From a virus (lineage: Duplodnaviria; Heunggongvirae; Uroviricota; Caudoviricetes), in the IMG/VR virus record IMGVR_UViG_3300031740_000001: a stretch of DNA of 64,000 nt. The stretch is one strand, 5' to 3'. Shown one piece after another: positions 8,867 through 18,153 of this stretch (its first letter is position 1; each line of letters opens with the position of its first letter). The translations under genes and the position numbers were made by a program. A model generated the notes under the pieces. It saw nothing but the letters and a program-made list of their open reading frames with translations. It did no database searches and was not told where the DNA came from.

Positions 8867-9883
8867 CTATTGTGTTTGCTCATACTCACCTTCCTTTTCC
8901 CTTGCACCATAATAGCTCAGCGGGTCCTGGACCTGGTAGAGGTCATCCAGGGCAGCTTCCACGCGGCTACCGTCGTCGAACATGGTGCACACTTTCATGA
9001 ACGGGCACCAGGTGCAGTGTCGTCCGACGTTGGCGGGCATGATTTCCGTTGCCCTGCTTGGGATTTCGGCCAGTGCGTAGTGGGCGTGCAGAATCTCGCC
9101 AATCAGCGTGTCCAGCTGGCGCTGGTAGCTCAGAATTTGGTGCCGGTTATGGTCAATGGGCACGCGAGCGTAGTACGGCGGCTTGGATGCTCTGGTGCGC
9201 TTGACTTTCCGCAGCATGTTGTAGAGTGCACCATCGCTGCGCGGCTCGCCTTCGGGAGTGGTCAGTTCTTCCAGCAGGTGATAGTGCAGCATCTGCCGGT
9301 TCATGTTCAGGGTCGCGTCACGCACGCTTTGCACGGTCTTGTGGTCGATGAACTTGCGGCGTCCGGTGATACGGCTACGCACGCGGGAGTCGATCTTACC
9401 GATCAACTTCACCTTCTCGATGTTGCTGTACGCGTAGTCGATCTCTAAGTACTGCTCAACGCCTATGACCTCTAGATCCCGGTCAATGCCGGTGTCCTGG
9501 ATCCAATCCAGATAACCCTCCAGCATGATTCGCTCAAGATCGAAGTCACTGAGGAGTTTTGCCTCTCGCATAGAAAGATCTTCATCAAATTCGTATTGGG
9601 CTCGAAGATTATTCATGTCTTCGTGTTGTGCGTCACTGAGAACCTTTTGGGCATAGGCACCTGGAGCGATGAGACGTTCAAAGACAGCGATGTCATACAG
9701 CGCGCCAAGCGCTAGGTGTATACGGGTACCGGTGGACCGCGGCCCCTGCACCTCGTGCAGTCGTGGTGTCAAGCCCCGATACCAGGCCAGCCACCACTTA
9801 CGCGGGCACGTCTGAAAAGTTGTTATCTCCGAGTTGGAGAAAAGGTAAGTGTCTTCTACACGAGTCATCGTGCACACGGACAT
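8867..9883 (-). CDS. PD-(D/E)XK Cas4/RecB-family exonuclease with a 4-Cys Fe-S/Zn cluster
   Basis: An N-terminal Cys (TFQTCPRKWWL) plus a C-terminal CTWCPFMKVC arrangement is typical of Cas4-like phage exonucleases. Length is 338 aa. Confidence 0.6.
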   Translation of the reverse strand: MSVCTMTRVEDTYLFSNSEITTFQTCPRKWWLAWYRGLTPRLHEVQGPRSTGTRIHLALGALYDIAVFERLIAPGAYAQKVLSDAQHEDMNNLRAQYEFDEDLSMREAKLLSDFDLERIMLEGYLDWIQDTGIDRDLEVIGVEQYLEIDYAYSNIEKVKLIGKIDSRVRSRITGRRKFIDHKTVQSVRDATLNMNRQMLHYHLLEELTTPEGEPRSDGALYNMLRKVKRTRASKPPYYARVPIDHNRHQILSYQRQLDTLIGEILHAHYALAEIPSRATEIMPANVGRHCTWCPFMKVCTMFDDGSRVEAALDDLYQVQDPLSYYGAREKEGEYEQTQ

Positions 9884-10041
9884 TCTTCGTAGTGTTCAGC
9901 TGCATAATCGTATGGGCATCCGTCCAGAAATTCGCGAAGACCCCCGATAACCTGCATAGCCACTTGGAGTCGTTCTTCCAACGGCACAGCGCGGTTACAT
10001 GCCCATCCTTCAAGGGCGGCTAGCTCTTCTCTCTTGTCCAT
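9865..10041 (-). CDS. small Cys-containing protein (58 aa)
   Basis: It fills the 160-nt gap between the helicase stop and the exonuclease start. It begins with ATG 2 nt after the helicase TAG and overlaps the exonuclease start by about 19 nt. Translation: MDKREELAALEGWACNRAVPLEERLQVAMQVIGGLREFLDGCPYDYAAEHYEECPCAR. Confidence 0.35.
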   Translation of the reverse strand: MDKREELAALEGWACNRAVPLEERLQVAMQVIGGLREFLDGCPYDYAAEHYEECPCAR

Positions 10042-10043
10042 TC

Positions 10044-11903
10044 CTAATCCTTATCTGCTCGTAATGCCTGGCCAGCGCCAGCGAGATCACTGGCGAGGAT
10101 TTGAGACTGCAAAATGTCCAGGTGACTCGTGTCCAGGCCAGCGGCCCGCAATTTCGCGATGTCCCGGGCGATCTCTTCCAGCCGTGCGGACTTCTCCAGC
10201 AGCGTGATGAGCTGCGGCTCTTCCACCGTATCGCGCGTCACGATGTCAATGACGTGCACGGACTCGTGAACCTCTGAGCCGATGCGATGCACCCGGTCCT
10301 CGGTCTGCTTGTTGTCGATCATTGACCAGGAGCGTTGCATACGGACGATGGTGTTCGCGGCGGTCAGCGTGATGCCAGTACCGCCCGTAGCCATGGTGAA
10401 GGCGATAACCTGCAGCTTACCGGCCTGGAAGTCGCGGATAGCCAGCTCGCGTTCGAAGTCCTTCTGGTCTCCGGTCACCAGGCCGTAGGTGATCTTCTCC
10501 TTGTCCATGCGCGCGGCGAGCAGGTTGATCAGCTGCTTGTGGTACGCGGCGACAGCTAGCGGCCGTCCGCCCATTTCTTCAATGATGTCGAGGACTTCGT
10601 CAACCTTAGGGGATGGATCGTGCATTCGCCAGCCTTCGGACGTTTCTTCGAGCGCGGCGCTGGAGAGCTGCAGTAAACGGAGACGCGCTTCCAGATCGTT
10701 CGGGGCAACGAGCAGGCTGCCGTCCGGCTGGAATACCGCCATTTCCTCTTCGAAGACCTTATACGCCTTCATTTGCTTGGGTGCCAGCTCGACATAGCGC
10801 GTGCTCTGCTGCTTGGGCGGAAGCTGGGGCAGGACAAGAGCTTTCGGCATACGCCGGAATCGGGGATCGAAGAACTTATAGAACTCCGCCTTGGTATCTG
10901 GGTGCAGGCCCTTGATTTCCAGTCCGCCATAGGTGCCGTAAGCGGCCAAACAATACCGCCCGATGAACTTGGACTTTACCGGATATTCAATATGGTCGAC
11001 AAAATGCATGATGGCCCACAGATCGCTCGGGTTATTGGCGATCGGGGTACCGGTGAGCGCGTAGCGCCTGGCTACGGTGTTTTGCTGGCCTAGCGCCCAG
11101 ACAGCACGAGTCTGCTTAGCGTTAGGATCCTTGATGTGATGTGCTTCGTCGCAAACGACAGTGCGCCACGGGATCCGGTTCAGTTCCTTGGTGTGCGCTT
11201 CGCAGCTCGCGACCTTGATCTTTGGGTCTTTCCCGCCGCATGATGTGCATCGGCGAAGCGCCTGGCTTCCAAACCCAGCAAGGCGAGAGAGAATTCGAGT
11301 TGCCTCAAGGTTGACAATAACGAGGGCAAATGGATCTCCAGCAGCCTTTTCGAGAATTCTTCTACGCTCTGTTGCGCTTCCGTAGACGACGTAGGGCTGA
11401 GCTGTGGGACACCATTCGGCAGCTTCCCGTTCCCAGTTGAATTTAACGGAGTTGGGGCAGATGACGAGAGCGGGGAATCCTTGCTCACCAAGAGTCTCCA
11501 ATACGGTTAAGGTCTGAATTGTCTTGCCGCCGCCCATTTCATCAGCAAGTAGAGCGCTTTTTGAAATCATCATCCACTCCACGCCTACCCGCTGAAACGG
11601 GAAAAGACGTGAATCAAAATGTGCTCGGTGAAGTTCACGATGTTCAGTGAGATCACGAAGATTGAGTGATGGAGAAATTCTTTCAATGTGTTCTCGCTGG
11701 GACCAAGCAGCCAGCGACGCACCAACCGTCAACCGGTCGCCAAAGATGCCTCTGAGCTGGATACACGCGGTCCAGTTGACCGGGCAGCGCCACACTCGGC
11801 GCTCTTCGTGCCAGCGGATCCCCGGAACCTGGCCAATCAGCTCGGACTCATTCCAGTGGGTCTGGACCAGGATTTCCCCGTCTACCAGTTCAGCATGTGG
11901 CAT
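10044..11903 (-). CDS. SNF2-family DEAD/DEAH helicase
   Basis: It has the SNF2_N Walker A LADEMGGGKT and a DEAH-like VVCDEAHHIK. The C-terminal helicase domain carries ...GGTGITLTAANTIV. Confidence 0.8.
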   Translation of the reverse strand: MPHAELVDGEILVQTHWNESELIGQVPGIRWHEERRVWRCPVNWTACIQLRGIFGDRLTVGASLAAWSQREHIERISPSLNLRDLTEHRELHRAHFDSRLFPFQRVGVEWMMISKSALLADEMGGGKTIQTLTVLETLGEQGFPALVICPNSVKFNWEREAAEWCPTAQPYVVYGSATERRRILEKAAGDPFALVIVNLEATRILSRLAGFGSQALRRCTSCGGKDPKIKVASCEAHTKELNRIPWRTVVCDEAHHIKDPNAKQTRAVWALGQQNTVARRYALTGTPIANNPSDLWAIMHFVDHIEYPVKSKFIGRYCLAAYGTYGGLEIKGLHPDTKAEFYKFFDPRFRRMPKALVLPQLPPKQQSTRYVELAPKQMKAYKVFEEEMAVFQPDGSLLVAPNDLEARLRLLQLSSAALEETSEGWRMHDPSPKVDEVLDIIEEMGGRPLAVAAYHKQLINLLAARMDKEKITYGLVTGDQKDFERELAIRDFQAGKLQVIAFTMATGGTGITLTAANTIVRMQRSWSMIDNKQTEDRVHRIGSEVHESVHVIDIVTRDTVEEPQLITLLEKSARLEEIARDIAKLRAAGLDTSHLDILQSQILASDLAGAGQALRADKD

Positions 11904-12429
11904 TTTCGTGTTCCTCGTCCTTGATGATGTCCCTGAACAGATCCTTGTGAAACCTTGCTGCCGTAATGAGAATCTGCCTGCGTGCGTCTGTCTCGTGCCC
12001 GTTCTTCGTGTACTTGTACCAGCCGATCCTACGCATCCGGTCGTTGTTTGCCAACTTCTTAGCCGGGCTCGCGCCGTTGGTGGTGAGAGAACAGTTCATC
12101 TCGTCTGCGATCGTGCGCAACACACCGATCACGCGGAGTGCGTCTGGCTGATTGGTGAGCGGCTGACCACCTTTAGCCTGCGTAAAATTCTCGGTAGCGA
12201 TTAAACACGGATTAACAGGTGTCTGCTGGATGAGCGACACCCGCATGATCTGAGTCATCATCCAAGACTTGATTTCGTCACGCATTAGCTCAGCGGACGC
12301 GAAGACCGTGAGGTGAGTAATGGAGGGCACCCAAAGTGCTACGCCGCTTACCTTTCCGGGATCCACGCCGAAGATGGCGTGGTCTTCTAGACTGCCAAAA
12401 GGCTTGAAGTGGCTCATGCGTACACCCAC
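11890..12429 (-). CDS. RuvC-like Holliday junction resolvase
   Basis: It carries GVDPGKVSGVALW, the RuvC/YqgF catalytic D-containing motif. An alternative ATG at 12417 overlaps the polymerase stop (ATGA). Confidence 0.55.
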   Translation of the reverse strand: MGVRMSHFKPFGSLEDHAIFGVDPGKVSGVALWVPSITHLTVFASAELMRDEIKSWMMTQIMRVSLIQQTPVNPCLIATENFTQAKGGQPLTNQPDALRVIGVLRTIADEMNCSLTTNGASPAKKLANNDRMRRIGWYKYTKNGHETDARRQILITAARFHKDLFRDIIKDEEHENATC

Positions 12430-14177
12430 TCAGACTTCTCGCCCCAACGTGGGCCGAAGGACACACTGGCCGTGATCGGCACAGGGTACTCGTTGCTGTT
12501 CATGACCTGCTGGAGGGTGTGCGCCGCGTCCTTCATCAGCTCTTGGGGAATGTCCAGGATGATCTCATCGTGAACGGGAAGGATCATGTACGGGCCGAGG
12601 CCAGCGGCGTGAAGCTCAAGCTGCTTCTGCTTGAACATGCTCGCGGCCCATCCGGAGATCAGGTAGTTGATGAGCGCGTACTCCTTGCCGGGGTCGGCAA
12701 TGTGATGCCGTCCAGTGAGCGGGCACTGGATGAAACCTTGCTGCATACCTAGTCTGTAGACGTAATTGATGTATTGCTCGATCTTCGGGTATGCCGCGTT
12801 CAGCTGGTTGTTGATGAACAGCATTTGCTCGAACGAGACACCAGCGGTGACCGCTTGACGGGCGATACCCGCGCCATAAACCTTGGCGTACATGGCGCTC
12901 TTGGTGGGGGAGCGCCGTGGATCTGACTTCATCAGGTGTGGATCCTGGAAAATCTGACGCGCGATGGTAACGAAGAAATCGTCTGGTCCATGGAATGCGG
13001 ATCGCAGGCCTTCATCACCCGAGAGGATGGCTAGCCCGCGCATCTCGATCTGGTCGAAGTCGCAAAACATCATGATGTTGCCAGGACGTGCCGTGATGCT
13101 GTTGCGGACCACCTTCACACCAGGCGTGTCTGTGTTGGTGCGGGGGAGGTTCTGGAAGTTCGGCTCACTCATGCTGCAGCGACCATGCCGCGCGCCGAGC
13201 GTGTTCAAGCTGGGGCGGATGATCGAATTTGAATCTGCGTTATTGAGATAGAATTGTAGGTAGGTGCTGGCCATCTTCTGCAACTGGCGACGGGAGAGAA
13301 CGGCCTTGGCCAGCGGGTGGTCGATGCCTTCCAGAACGTCAGCGTCCAGGCTCAGCGCACCCTTCTCGGTTTGCTTGTCGAACTGGAAGCCAGCGCGTTG
13401 CAGCACCTCGATCACTTTCTGGTTGGAACCAGGCGTGATTCCGTACTCAGCCTTGACCCACTTCTCGACCGAAACGCAGTACTCGCGAAACTGCTTCAGA
13501 TAGGTCTCCACGTGCGGAATGTCCACGTGAACGCCGTTTTGCATCATGTCGCGCGCTACCCACTGGTAGGCAGTCTCCAGCTCCACGGCGAACTGCGCGC
13601 CGTGCTGGGCGACGATAGGCTCGTGGTGCTCACGAAGCTGGTAGGTCAAGACAGGGTCCAGCGCGCCATATCGCCAGTACCAGGGGTAATCCCACGGCAC
13701 AGTCGCCCACGTCCAGCCGTTCTGCTCCATCGCTTCGTCCAGGTACTTCTGACCTGCATAAGCGGTAGGGTCCACGTGCCGGGAAGCCTGCGCCTTGAGC
13801 GCGCGGGACATATGCGGCTCAATGACGTGGCTCATTACACCAACGTCTTTGATCCGGTGCTTTTCCAGCGTGACGCCCGCCTTTTCCAACATGGAGTAGT
13901 CGAAAATGGCGTTCATCAGGTCTATCGGGCCTTCGTGCTGGCGCACGATGTCGAGAAATAGTCCCCACCAGAGGTCTTTGGGCAGCAACCAGCCGTGCTC
14001 AGCGTTTCCTATCTGAACGGTGCGGACGTAATCGTCTCCCTGCCACTTCAGCCCGGTTGTTTCAGTATCTATAGCTATCGATCCATTAAGGCCTACATCC
14101 TGCCGAAACCAGTCACACATGTTTTTTGCGTCATCAAAATTTCGGACAAGATGTAATTGCACATTATCAAGACTCAT
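12414..14177 (-). CDS. family A DNA polymerase (Pol I-like) with a 3'-5' exonuclease domain
   Basis: Exo I motif is IAIDTETTGL. Pol motif B is RRSPTKSAMYAKVYGAG and motif C is LPVHDEIILD. Confidence 0.85.
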   Translation of the reverse strand: MSLDNVQLHLVRNFDDAKNMCDWFRQDVGLNGSIAIDTETTGLKWQGDDYVRTVQIGNAEHGWLLPKDLWWGLFLDIVRQHEGPIDLMNAIFDYSMLEKAGVTLEKHRIKDVGVMSHVIEPHMSRALKAQASRHVDPTAYAGQKYLDEAMEQNGWTWATVPWDYPWYWRYGALDPVLTYQLREHHEPIVAQHGAQFAVELETAYQWVARDMMQNGVHVDIPHVETYLKQFREYCVSVEKWVKAEYGITPGSNQKVIEVLQRAGFQFDKQTEKGALSLDADVLEGIDHPLAKAVLSRRQLQKMASTYLQFYLNNADSNSIIRPSLNTLGARHGRCSMSEPNFQNLPRTNTDTPGVKVVRNSITARPGNIMMFCDFDQIEMRGLAILSGDEGLRSAFHGPDDFFVTIARQIFQDPHLMKSDPRRSPTKSAMYAKVYGAGIARQAVTAGVSFEQMLFINNQLNAAYPKIEQYINYVYRLGMQQGFIQCPLTGRHHIADPGKEYALINYLISGWAASMFKQKQLELHAAGLGPYMILPVHDEIILDIPQELMKDAAHTLQQVMNSNEYPVPITASVSFGPRWGEKSEWVYA

Positions 14178-14599
14178 GATCTGCTCCGTGCTGCTTTAGA
14201 CATTTTTTCACGAGCTTCAGGAGAATGTTTCTTACCAAAAAATGGGTTCTTTTCACCATTCAAATCTGGACGAGTGCGTTTTCCCTCTGCGTAGCTTTTT
14301 CGTAGACTTGCACTTATTCTTTGTTTTATTTCTTCAGAATGAGGTTTATTTAATCGTGGCGGGTGAATACGTTGGTGACAACTGCGACAAAGCCAGATCA
14401 AATCGAGGATGTGTTCATCGCTGTAGCCATTATGGTGATGCCCATCTAGATCTCTATCCGGAGAACTTCCTCCACAATGATCGCAACAAGAACTTCTGAT
14501 CAGGGCACCGTCTCGGAGAGCTTTTTGCACAGCAGCATGAACTTTCCGGCGACGATAACGGCTAATCGGAGCAGGTGGGTTGACGTTTTCCAGTCCCAT
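14174..14599 (-). CDS. HNH endonuclease (free-standing, likely homing)
   Basis: It has CCDHCGGS...DGHHHNGY...LCRSCHQRIH. Base composition is locally AT-rich. It is inserted between the polymerase and the dCMP deaminase with ATGA/stop coupling. Confidence 0.75.
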   Translation of the reverse strand: MGLENVNPPAPISRYRRRKVHAAVQKALRDGALIRSSCCDHCGGSSPDRDLDGHHHNGYSDEHILDLIWLCRSCHQRIHPPRLNKPHSEEIKQRISASLRKSYAEGKRTRPDLNGEKNPFFGKKHSPEAREKMSKAARSRS

Positions 14600-14607
14600 T
14601 CGTACTC

Positions 14608-15186
14608 CTAGTCACAAGACGTGGTGCTGGGGTCACAACCGTGTGCACACGGAGCTATCCATCCCCTTGCTGCGGTAATGAGGGGCTCGCTGAAGTGGCG
14701 GTTGTCCTCGAACGATACCCAGAAACCTAGCTTGCGCACAGTCCAGTAATCGTCTTCTTGATAACGGTATTCGTGCTTACCATCCACGCCGATGTGTATC
14801 CGGCGCAGGCCGGAATTCGAAATAAGCTTCAGGCAACCAGTACACGGAAAGCTGGTCACGTAGATCGTGCCCTGTAACCGCTGAGTGCGGTCAGACATCA
14901 TCAGCGCGTTGGCCTCTGCGTGCAGGGATGGGCAGTCCGAATAGTCAATCATTTGACTATGTTTTCCGCCTGTCGTCGCCATCTTCACGCGTTTACACCA
15001 TTCGGTGCACGGTTCGTCGTTGTGCTGAAAGCCAGCGGGCGGCCCGTTGTAGCCCTCCCCGATGATCCGGTTTCGGGCATCGGTGATGACCGCGCCTACC
15101 TGGTCGCGAACGCACAAGCTGCGCTTGGCGATCTCGCGGGCCATGGATAGGCGCGTTTGGTCCCAGTTAGGCCGTTCTAGCTGCAC
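14608..15186 (-). CDS. dCMP deaminase (cytidine/deoxycytidylate deaminase fold)
   Basis: Zinc motifs are HAEANAL and PCTGCLKLI. Confidence 0.8.
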   Translation of the reverse strand: MQLERPNWDQTRLSMAREIAKRSLCVRDQVGAVITDARNRIIGEGYNGPPAGFQHNDEPCTEWCKRVKMATTGGKHSQMIDYSDCPSLHAEANALMMSDRTQRLQGTIYVTSFPCTGCLKLISNSGLRRIHIGVDGKHEYRYQEDDYWTVRKLGFWVSFEDNRHFSEPLITAARGWIAPCAHGCDPSTTSCD

Positions 15187-15749
15187 TCCCAGTGCCTTCC
15201 CGTGCTCGGGTGAAAGATGCTGTGCTCATCACGAATGACCTGGATCAGGCCAGCCATGTGGCTGACCCAATACTCAGGCAGAGGGAAGTAGCTTGATAAG
15301 ACACCCTCCTTGGTGCGGCTGGTCTGCTGAGCGCGCATACGCCGCTCACGCGTGATGACTACTGCTGAGGCCGTGGAGCGCTGGCGACCGTACCAGGCTG
15401 AGGCTGTGTGGTGCTTGCCCTTGTAACCGAAGAACCGGTTCCGGAAGCGGGTGATGAGCTTCGGGTTCGGGATCTCGCTGAAGAGCCACGCCGTGGCCTC
15501 CCTGACGGTCGCTACGGCCTTGGCAATGCTTACCTTGACTCGGCTTAGGGTACGGCGGAAAAGTCCGCGAGAACGGCGTACAGCGGGCTTAACAGGTGTC
15601 TTGGGCCATGCCTTGACGATGGCGTACTCACCAGTCGCGTCCTGCTTCTTGGCAAGCATCGTGACGAGCAGCTCCATCCCGCCCGTCTCATCCGGCAGAA
15701 GCGCGTGGCGCTGGATGACTTCGGTGTCGTCGATTTCCATGATGGTCAT
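15177..15749 (-). CDS. hypothetical protein
   Basis: 190-aa ORF with good GC3 codon usage, tightly coupled to its neighbours. Confidence 0.5.
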   Translation of the reverse strand: MTIMEIDDTEVIQRHALLPDETGGMELLVTMLAKKQDATGEYAIVKAWPKTPVKPAVRRSRGLFRRTLSRVKVSIAKAVATVREATAWLFSEIPNPKLITRFRNRFFGYKGKHHTASAWYGRQRSTASAVVITRERRMRAQQTSRTKEGVLSSYFPLPEYWVSHMAGLIQVIRDEHSIFHPSTGRHWECS

Positions 15750-15862
15750 GGGATCCTTCTCCTTTTCGATGATTATGGTTGATGGTTCAACAAAGAAGGC
15801 CAGCTGAGGATCTCCCTACGGGGTAGGAGTGGAGAGAGATCTCAGCTGGCCATAAGTGGATC

Positions 15863-16552
15863 CTAACGTGTTTTCCGGGTGTCCGGGCCGATGAGCCCTT
15901 GCAATGCGTCCCAACGGGCAGCCTTGTCCGCGAGAACAGGATCCACGACCGGACCAGCGTTGGAGAGGTCTTCAAGTGCTCCGACCGCGTTCTCGACGGT
16001 TTTCCTGATGTTGTCGAGGACAGTACCGATACGGTCCAGGCCTTCAGCTGCGCCTTCCAGTGAAGTCTGAACGTTGTCGATCTTCTGCTGCTGGTCCTTG
16101 ACTGTCACGACCGTCGCTCCATTTCCGTTCTCAGTACCGTTTGAGTTTGAATTTGCGGCTGCAGCAGCGGCATTTGCGCGCCGAACTGCTGCGGCCTTGA
16201 GAGCGCCAAGCTTGTGGTTTTGCTTGCGTTGCGCTTCCTTGAGCCGCAGTTCATCACGTTCCGCGATGATCGCGGCCGTTTCCTGCTCCTTCTTGGCGTT
16301 GGTGTGTAGACGCAGGTGAGAGCGCACGCTCACTCCTTCTAGATGCCAGTAGGTGCAGGTCGGCGGATCCGGATGCACGCACTGGTGGACCACGCGGCCA
16401 TCATCGAGAACGCACTTGTCCACGCCGTAGGTGGGTGAAAGCCCATCTGAGTACTTGGACAAGGGGGTGAAGATCTTCGCGGTTTCACGATGAACCACCC
16501 TGCATCCGTCAATCACGTCCTTGTCTGTGACGGGTGTTGCAGCTTCCGTCAT
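15863..16552 (-). CDS. hypothetical protein with an N-terminal Cys/His cluster and a C-terminal coiled-coil
   Basis: It has CRVVHRE...CVLDDGRVVHQCVHPDPPTC, then an Ala/Gln-rich coiled coil. Confidence 0.5.
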   Translation of the reverse strand: MTEAATPVTDKDVIDGCRVVHRETAKIFTPLSKYSDGLSPTYGVDKCVLDDGRVVHQCVHPDPPTCTYWHLEGVSVRSHLRLHTNAKKEQETAAIIAERDELRLKEAQRKQNHKLGALKAAAVRRANAAAAAANSNSNGTENGNGATVVTVKDQQQKIDNVQTSLEGAAEGLDRIGTVLDNIRKTVENAVGALEDLSNAGPVVDPVLADKAARWDALQGLIGPDTRKTR

Positions 16553-16965
16553 GTTCTTTCTCCTTTTGGTTCTTGGGTTGTTCCTTATTTGATAATCAGG
16601 AGGTTAGCATATTCTGGCACGCCTGCAAGTCAGCCACAACCACAGCAGGTGCATATTGCCATTACCAGGGCAAACACGGCGTACAAGAAACGATCAAGGT
16701 TGCCTTGCTGTCCTCTTCTCATTCCTTCTCCTTCCGGAATTGATGTTGGGCCGCAGGGTAAATCCGGAAACCCCTGCGGCCCGCACCAGCCTGTACGTCG
16801 GCTGTCCACCGTCCAGATCTTTCTGTCCTAGGAAACAGGGCAACTGGAGTCCCAGTCAGAATCCCATCTGACCAGCGGGGATGTTACTTTTGTTTTAACC
16901 ATCTCCCCCTGTTGAGAGTTTGATGGGCTGGAAGTCGTCATCGCACATCCAATATTTCGACCTCG

Positions 16966-17051
16966 GGCGAACGGGAGGACTCGAACCTCCAACCAACGGT
17001 GACTTCTCGCGCGATCCCTCACCGCTGCTCTGCCAATTGAGCTACCTTCAC
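16966..17051 (-). ncRNA. tRNA-like element (Leu-type acceptor and D-arm, canonical T-arm, aberrant 16-nt anticodon-region loop); possible pseudo-tRNA
   Basis: The minus-strand RNA has a 6/7-bp acceptor, then a D-arm GCTC-AATTGGCA-GAGC. A CGGTGA/TCACCG stem encloses 16 nt. The T-arm is GGAGG-TTCGAGT-CCTCC. No 7-nt anticodon loop can be formed. Confidence 0.35.
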
Positions 17052-17225
17052 CATTGAGTGAGTTTCTGTGTTTAGCGTCGTAAAACCCAGCTCCGGAAAA
17101 TCCGACGTTGCCCACCTGTTAAGGCGTCGTAACCCCGGTGGCCCGAGTTACGCCGTGCGACGCTCTGCCAAGCTGAGCTACAGGATAGTACCGGACTAGC
17201 TCTCATTCGAGCGTGGCGGGTATTT

Positions 17226-17253
17226 TATCCAGCCTGGATTTGAACCAGGGACC
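17226..17253 (-). ncRNA. orphan tRNA 3'-half-like module (T-arm CCTGG-TTCAAAT-CCAGG plus a 7-nt acceptor-like tail)
   Basis: It has a perfect canonical T-loop. No matching 5' acceptor lies within 100 nt. Confidence 0.3.
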
Positions 17254-17262
17254 TTCGCAACG

Positions 17263-17338
17263 TGGGAAGGACAGGATTCGAACCTGCATTACGCCATGCT
17301 TTTGCCCGGAGCTGTTGCCTGATCAGCTACTTCTTCCC
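17263..17338 (-). ncRNA. tRNA-like element (6/7-bp acceptor and canonical T-arm GCAGG-TTCGAAT-CCTGT; no anticodon stem-loop)
   Basis: The body is of tRNA length (76 nt). Only a GCTG-loop-CAGC hairpin is formed in place of the D and anticodon arms. Confidence 0.3.
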
Positions 17339-17659
17339 TTGAAGATGAGTTCTTGTTATTTTACGTCGTTGAAACCCATCCCCACAAACTTCGACGTTTG
17401 CCCAGAGTTATACAGATGTGGGCGTCTCTGCCTGGATTGATACTCGCCAAATGATGCCACATACCAGGTAAGGCGGCGTGAAGATGAGAGGGCTCGCACC
17501 TCCATTACCACCCTTGCGAGTGGCGTCCTGCATGTGGCTTTGGGATTGGTTACCTACCGGCACTTTTAAACGACATCTTCTCCGCCACGGGAGCCTATAC
17601 GGCTGAGCTGCCGAAGCCCTCTAGCACGATCGTGTTCCGTGACTTGCACTGCAGTACCG

Positions 17660-17733
17660 TAGCGGAGGCTGGATTTGAACCAGCGACCTACAGGTTATGA
17701 GCCTGGCGGGCTACCGAGCTGCCCTACTCCGCT
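17660..17733 (-). tRNA. tRNA-Met (anticodon CAU; elongator type, could be Ile2 if lysidinylated)
   Basis: It forms a canonical cloverleaf: AGCGGAG-TA-GGGC-AGCTCGGTA-GCCC-G-CCAGG-CTCATAA-CCTGT-AGGTC-GCTGG-TTCAAAT-CCAGC-CTCCGCT-A. It is 74 nt with no encoded CCA. Confidence 0.75.
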
Positions 17734-17746
17734 TTGGCGGGCTTGC

Positions 17747-17760
17747 GGTGGATACTCACC
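17747..17760. repeat. conserved hairpin GGTG-GATACT-CACC, one member of the GGYG-GATACT-CRCC family. Other copies lie at 17862-17875 and, degenerate, at 17424-17438.
   Basis: It has an identical 6-nt loop with compensatory stem changes (GGTG/CACC versus GGCG/CGCC). It occupies the T-arm position of a degenerate repeat unit. Confidence 0.4.
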
Positions 17761-17824
17761 CGTTGCCCAATTCGAACACCTTAACCCTAGTATCAGGGAG
17801 AGGTAGACCTCCAAGGTATTCGAC

Positions 17825-17847
17825 ACCAGGGTATCTCTCCCCGGTCG
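17825..17847. repeat. 23-nt direct repeat ACCAGGGTATCTCTCCCCGGTCG (copy 1; copy 2 at 18045-18067)
   Basis: The two copies are exact. On the minus strand it folds into a 6-bp stem with a G·U pair and a 7-nt loop. Each copy follows a CACCAAG linker downstream of a tRNA-like or hairpin module. Confidence 0.5.
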
Positions 17848-18066
17848 CTTTGGTGGATCGCGGCGGATACTCGCCTTGACCCTTGCACCACCGTTAACCA
17901 GTATCGGTTGGCCCTTTCGGGCGGGCAATGGTGCCTTCAGGTACCACGCACTAGGTGCCGTACCCTCTGGGTCGCCTGAGGCGGCTTCCCAGGTCCTGCT
18001 CACGCGGTGCTGTTGCCAGTCCGTAGCGAGCAGTACCAGGGTATCTCTCCCCGGTCGTTCTTGGTG

Positions 18067-18153
18067 TCTAGACGGTCCGACTCGAACGGACTGTACACCC
18101 CGGAGGACCCTTCTACGGGACTGCCCTTGGATCCGGTTTTGAGTAGCGTCTAG
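18067..18153 (-). ncRNA. tRNA-like element (perfect 7-bp acceptor CTAGACG/CGTCTAG within a palindromic GTCTAGAC pair, canonical T-arm GTCCG-TTCGAGT-CGGAC, 52-nt non-canonical body)
   Basis: It is 87 nt. No anticodon stem-loop with U33 can be formed. Confidence 0.3.

Noticed and set aside
13317-13961. 214-aa + strand ORF inside the DNA polymerase gene, and similar antisense ORFs. Examples: 4594-4902, 7306-8031, 8741-9448, 10282-11093, 20016-20579, 23097-23957, 45553-46371, 54153-54845, 61548-62291.
   Set aside because: These are antisense or alternative-frame ORFs typical of high-GC DNA. They are embedded in well-supported genes, lack SDs, and have Arg/Ala/Pro-rich junk composition.
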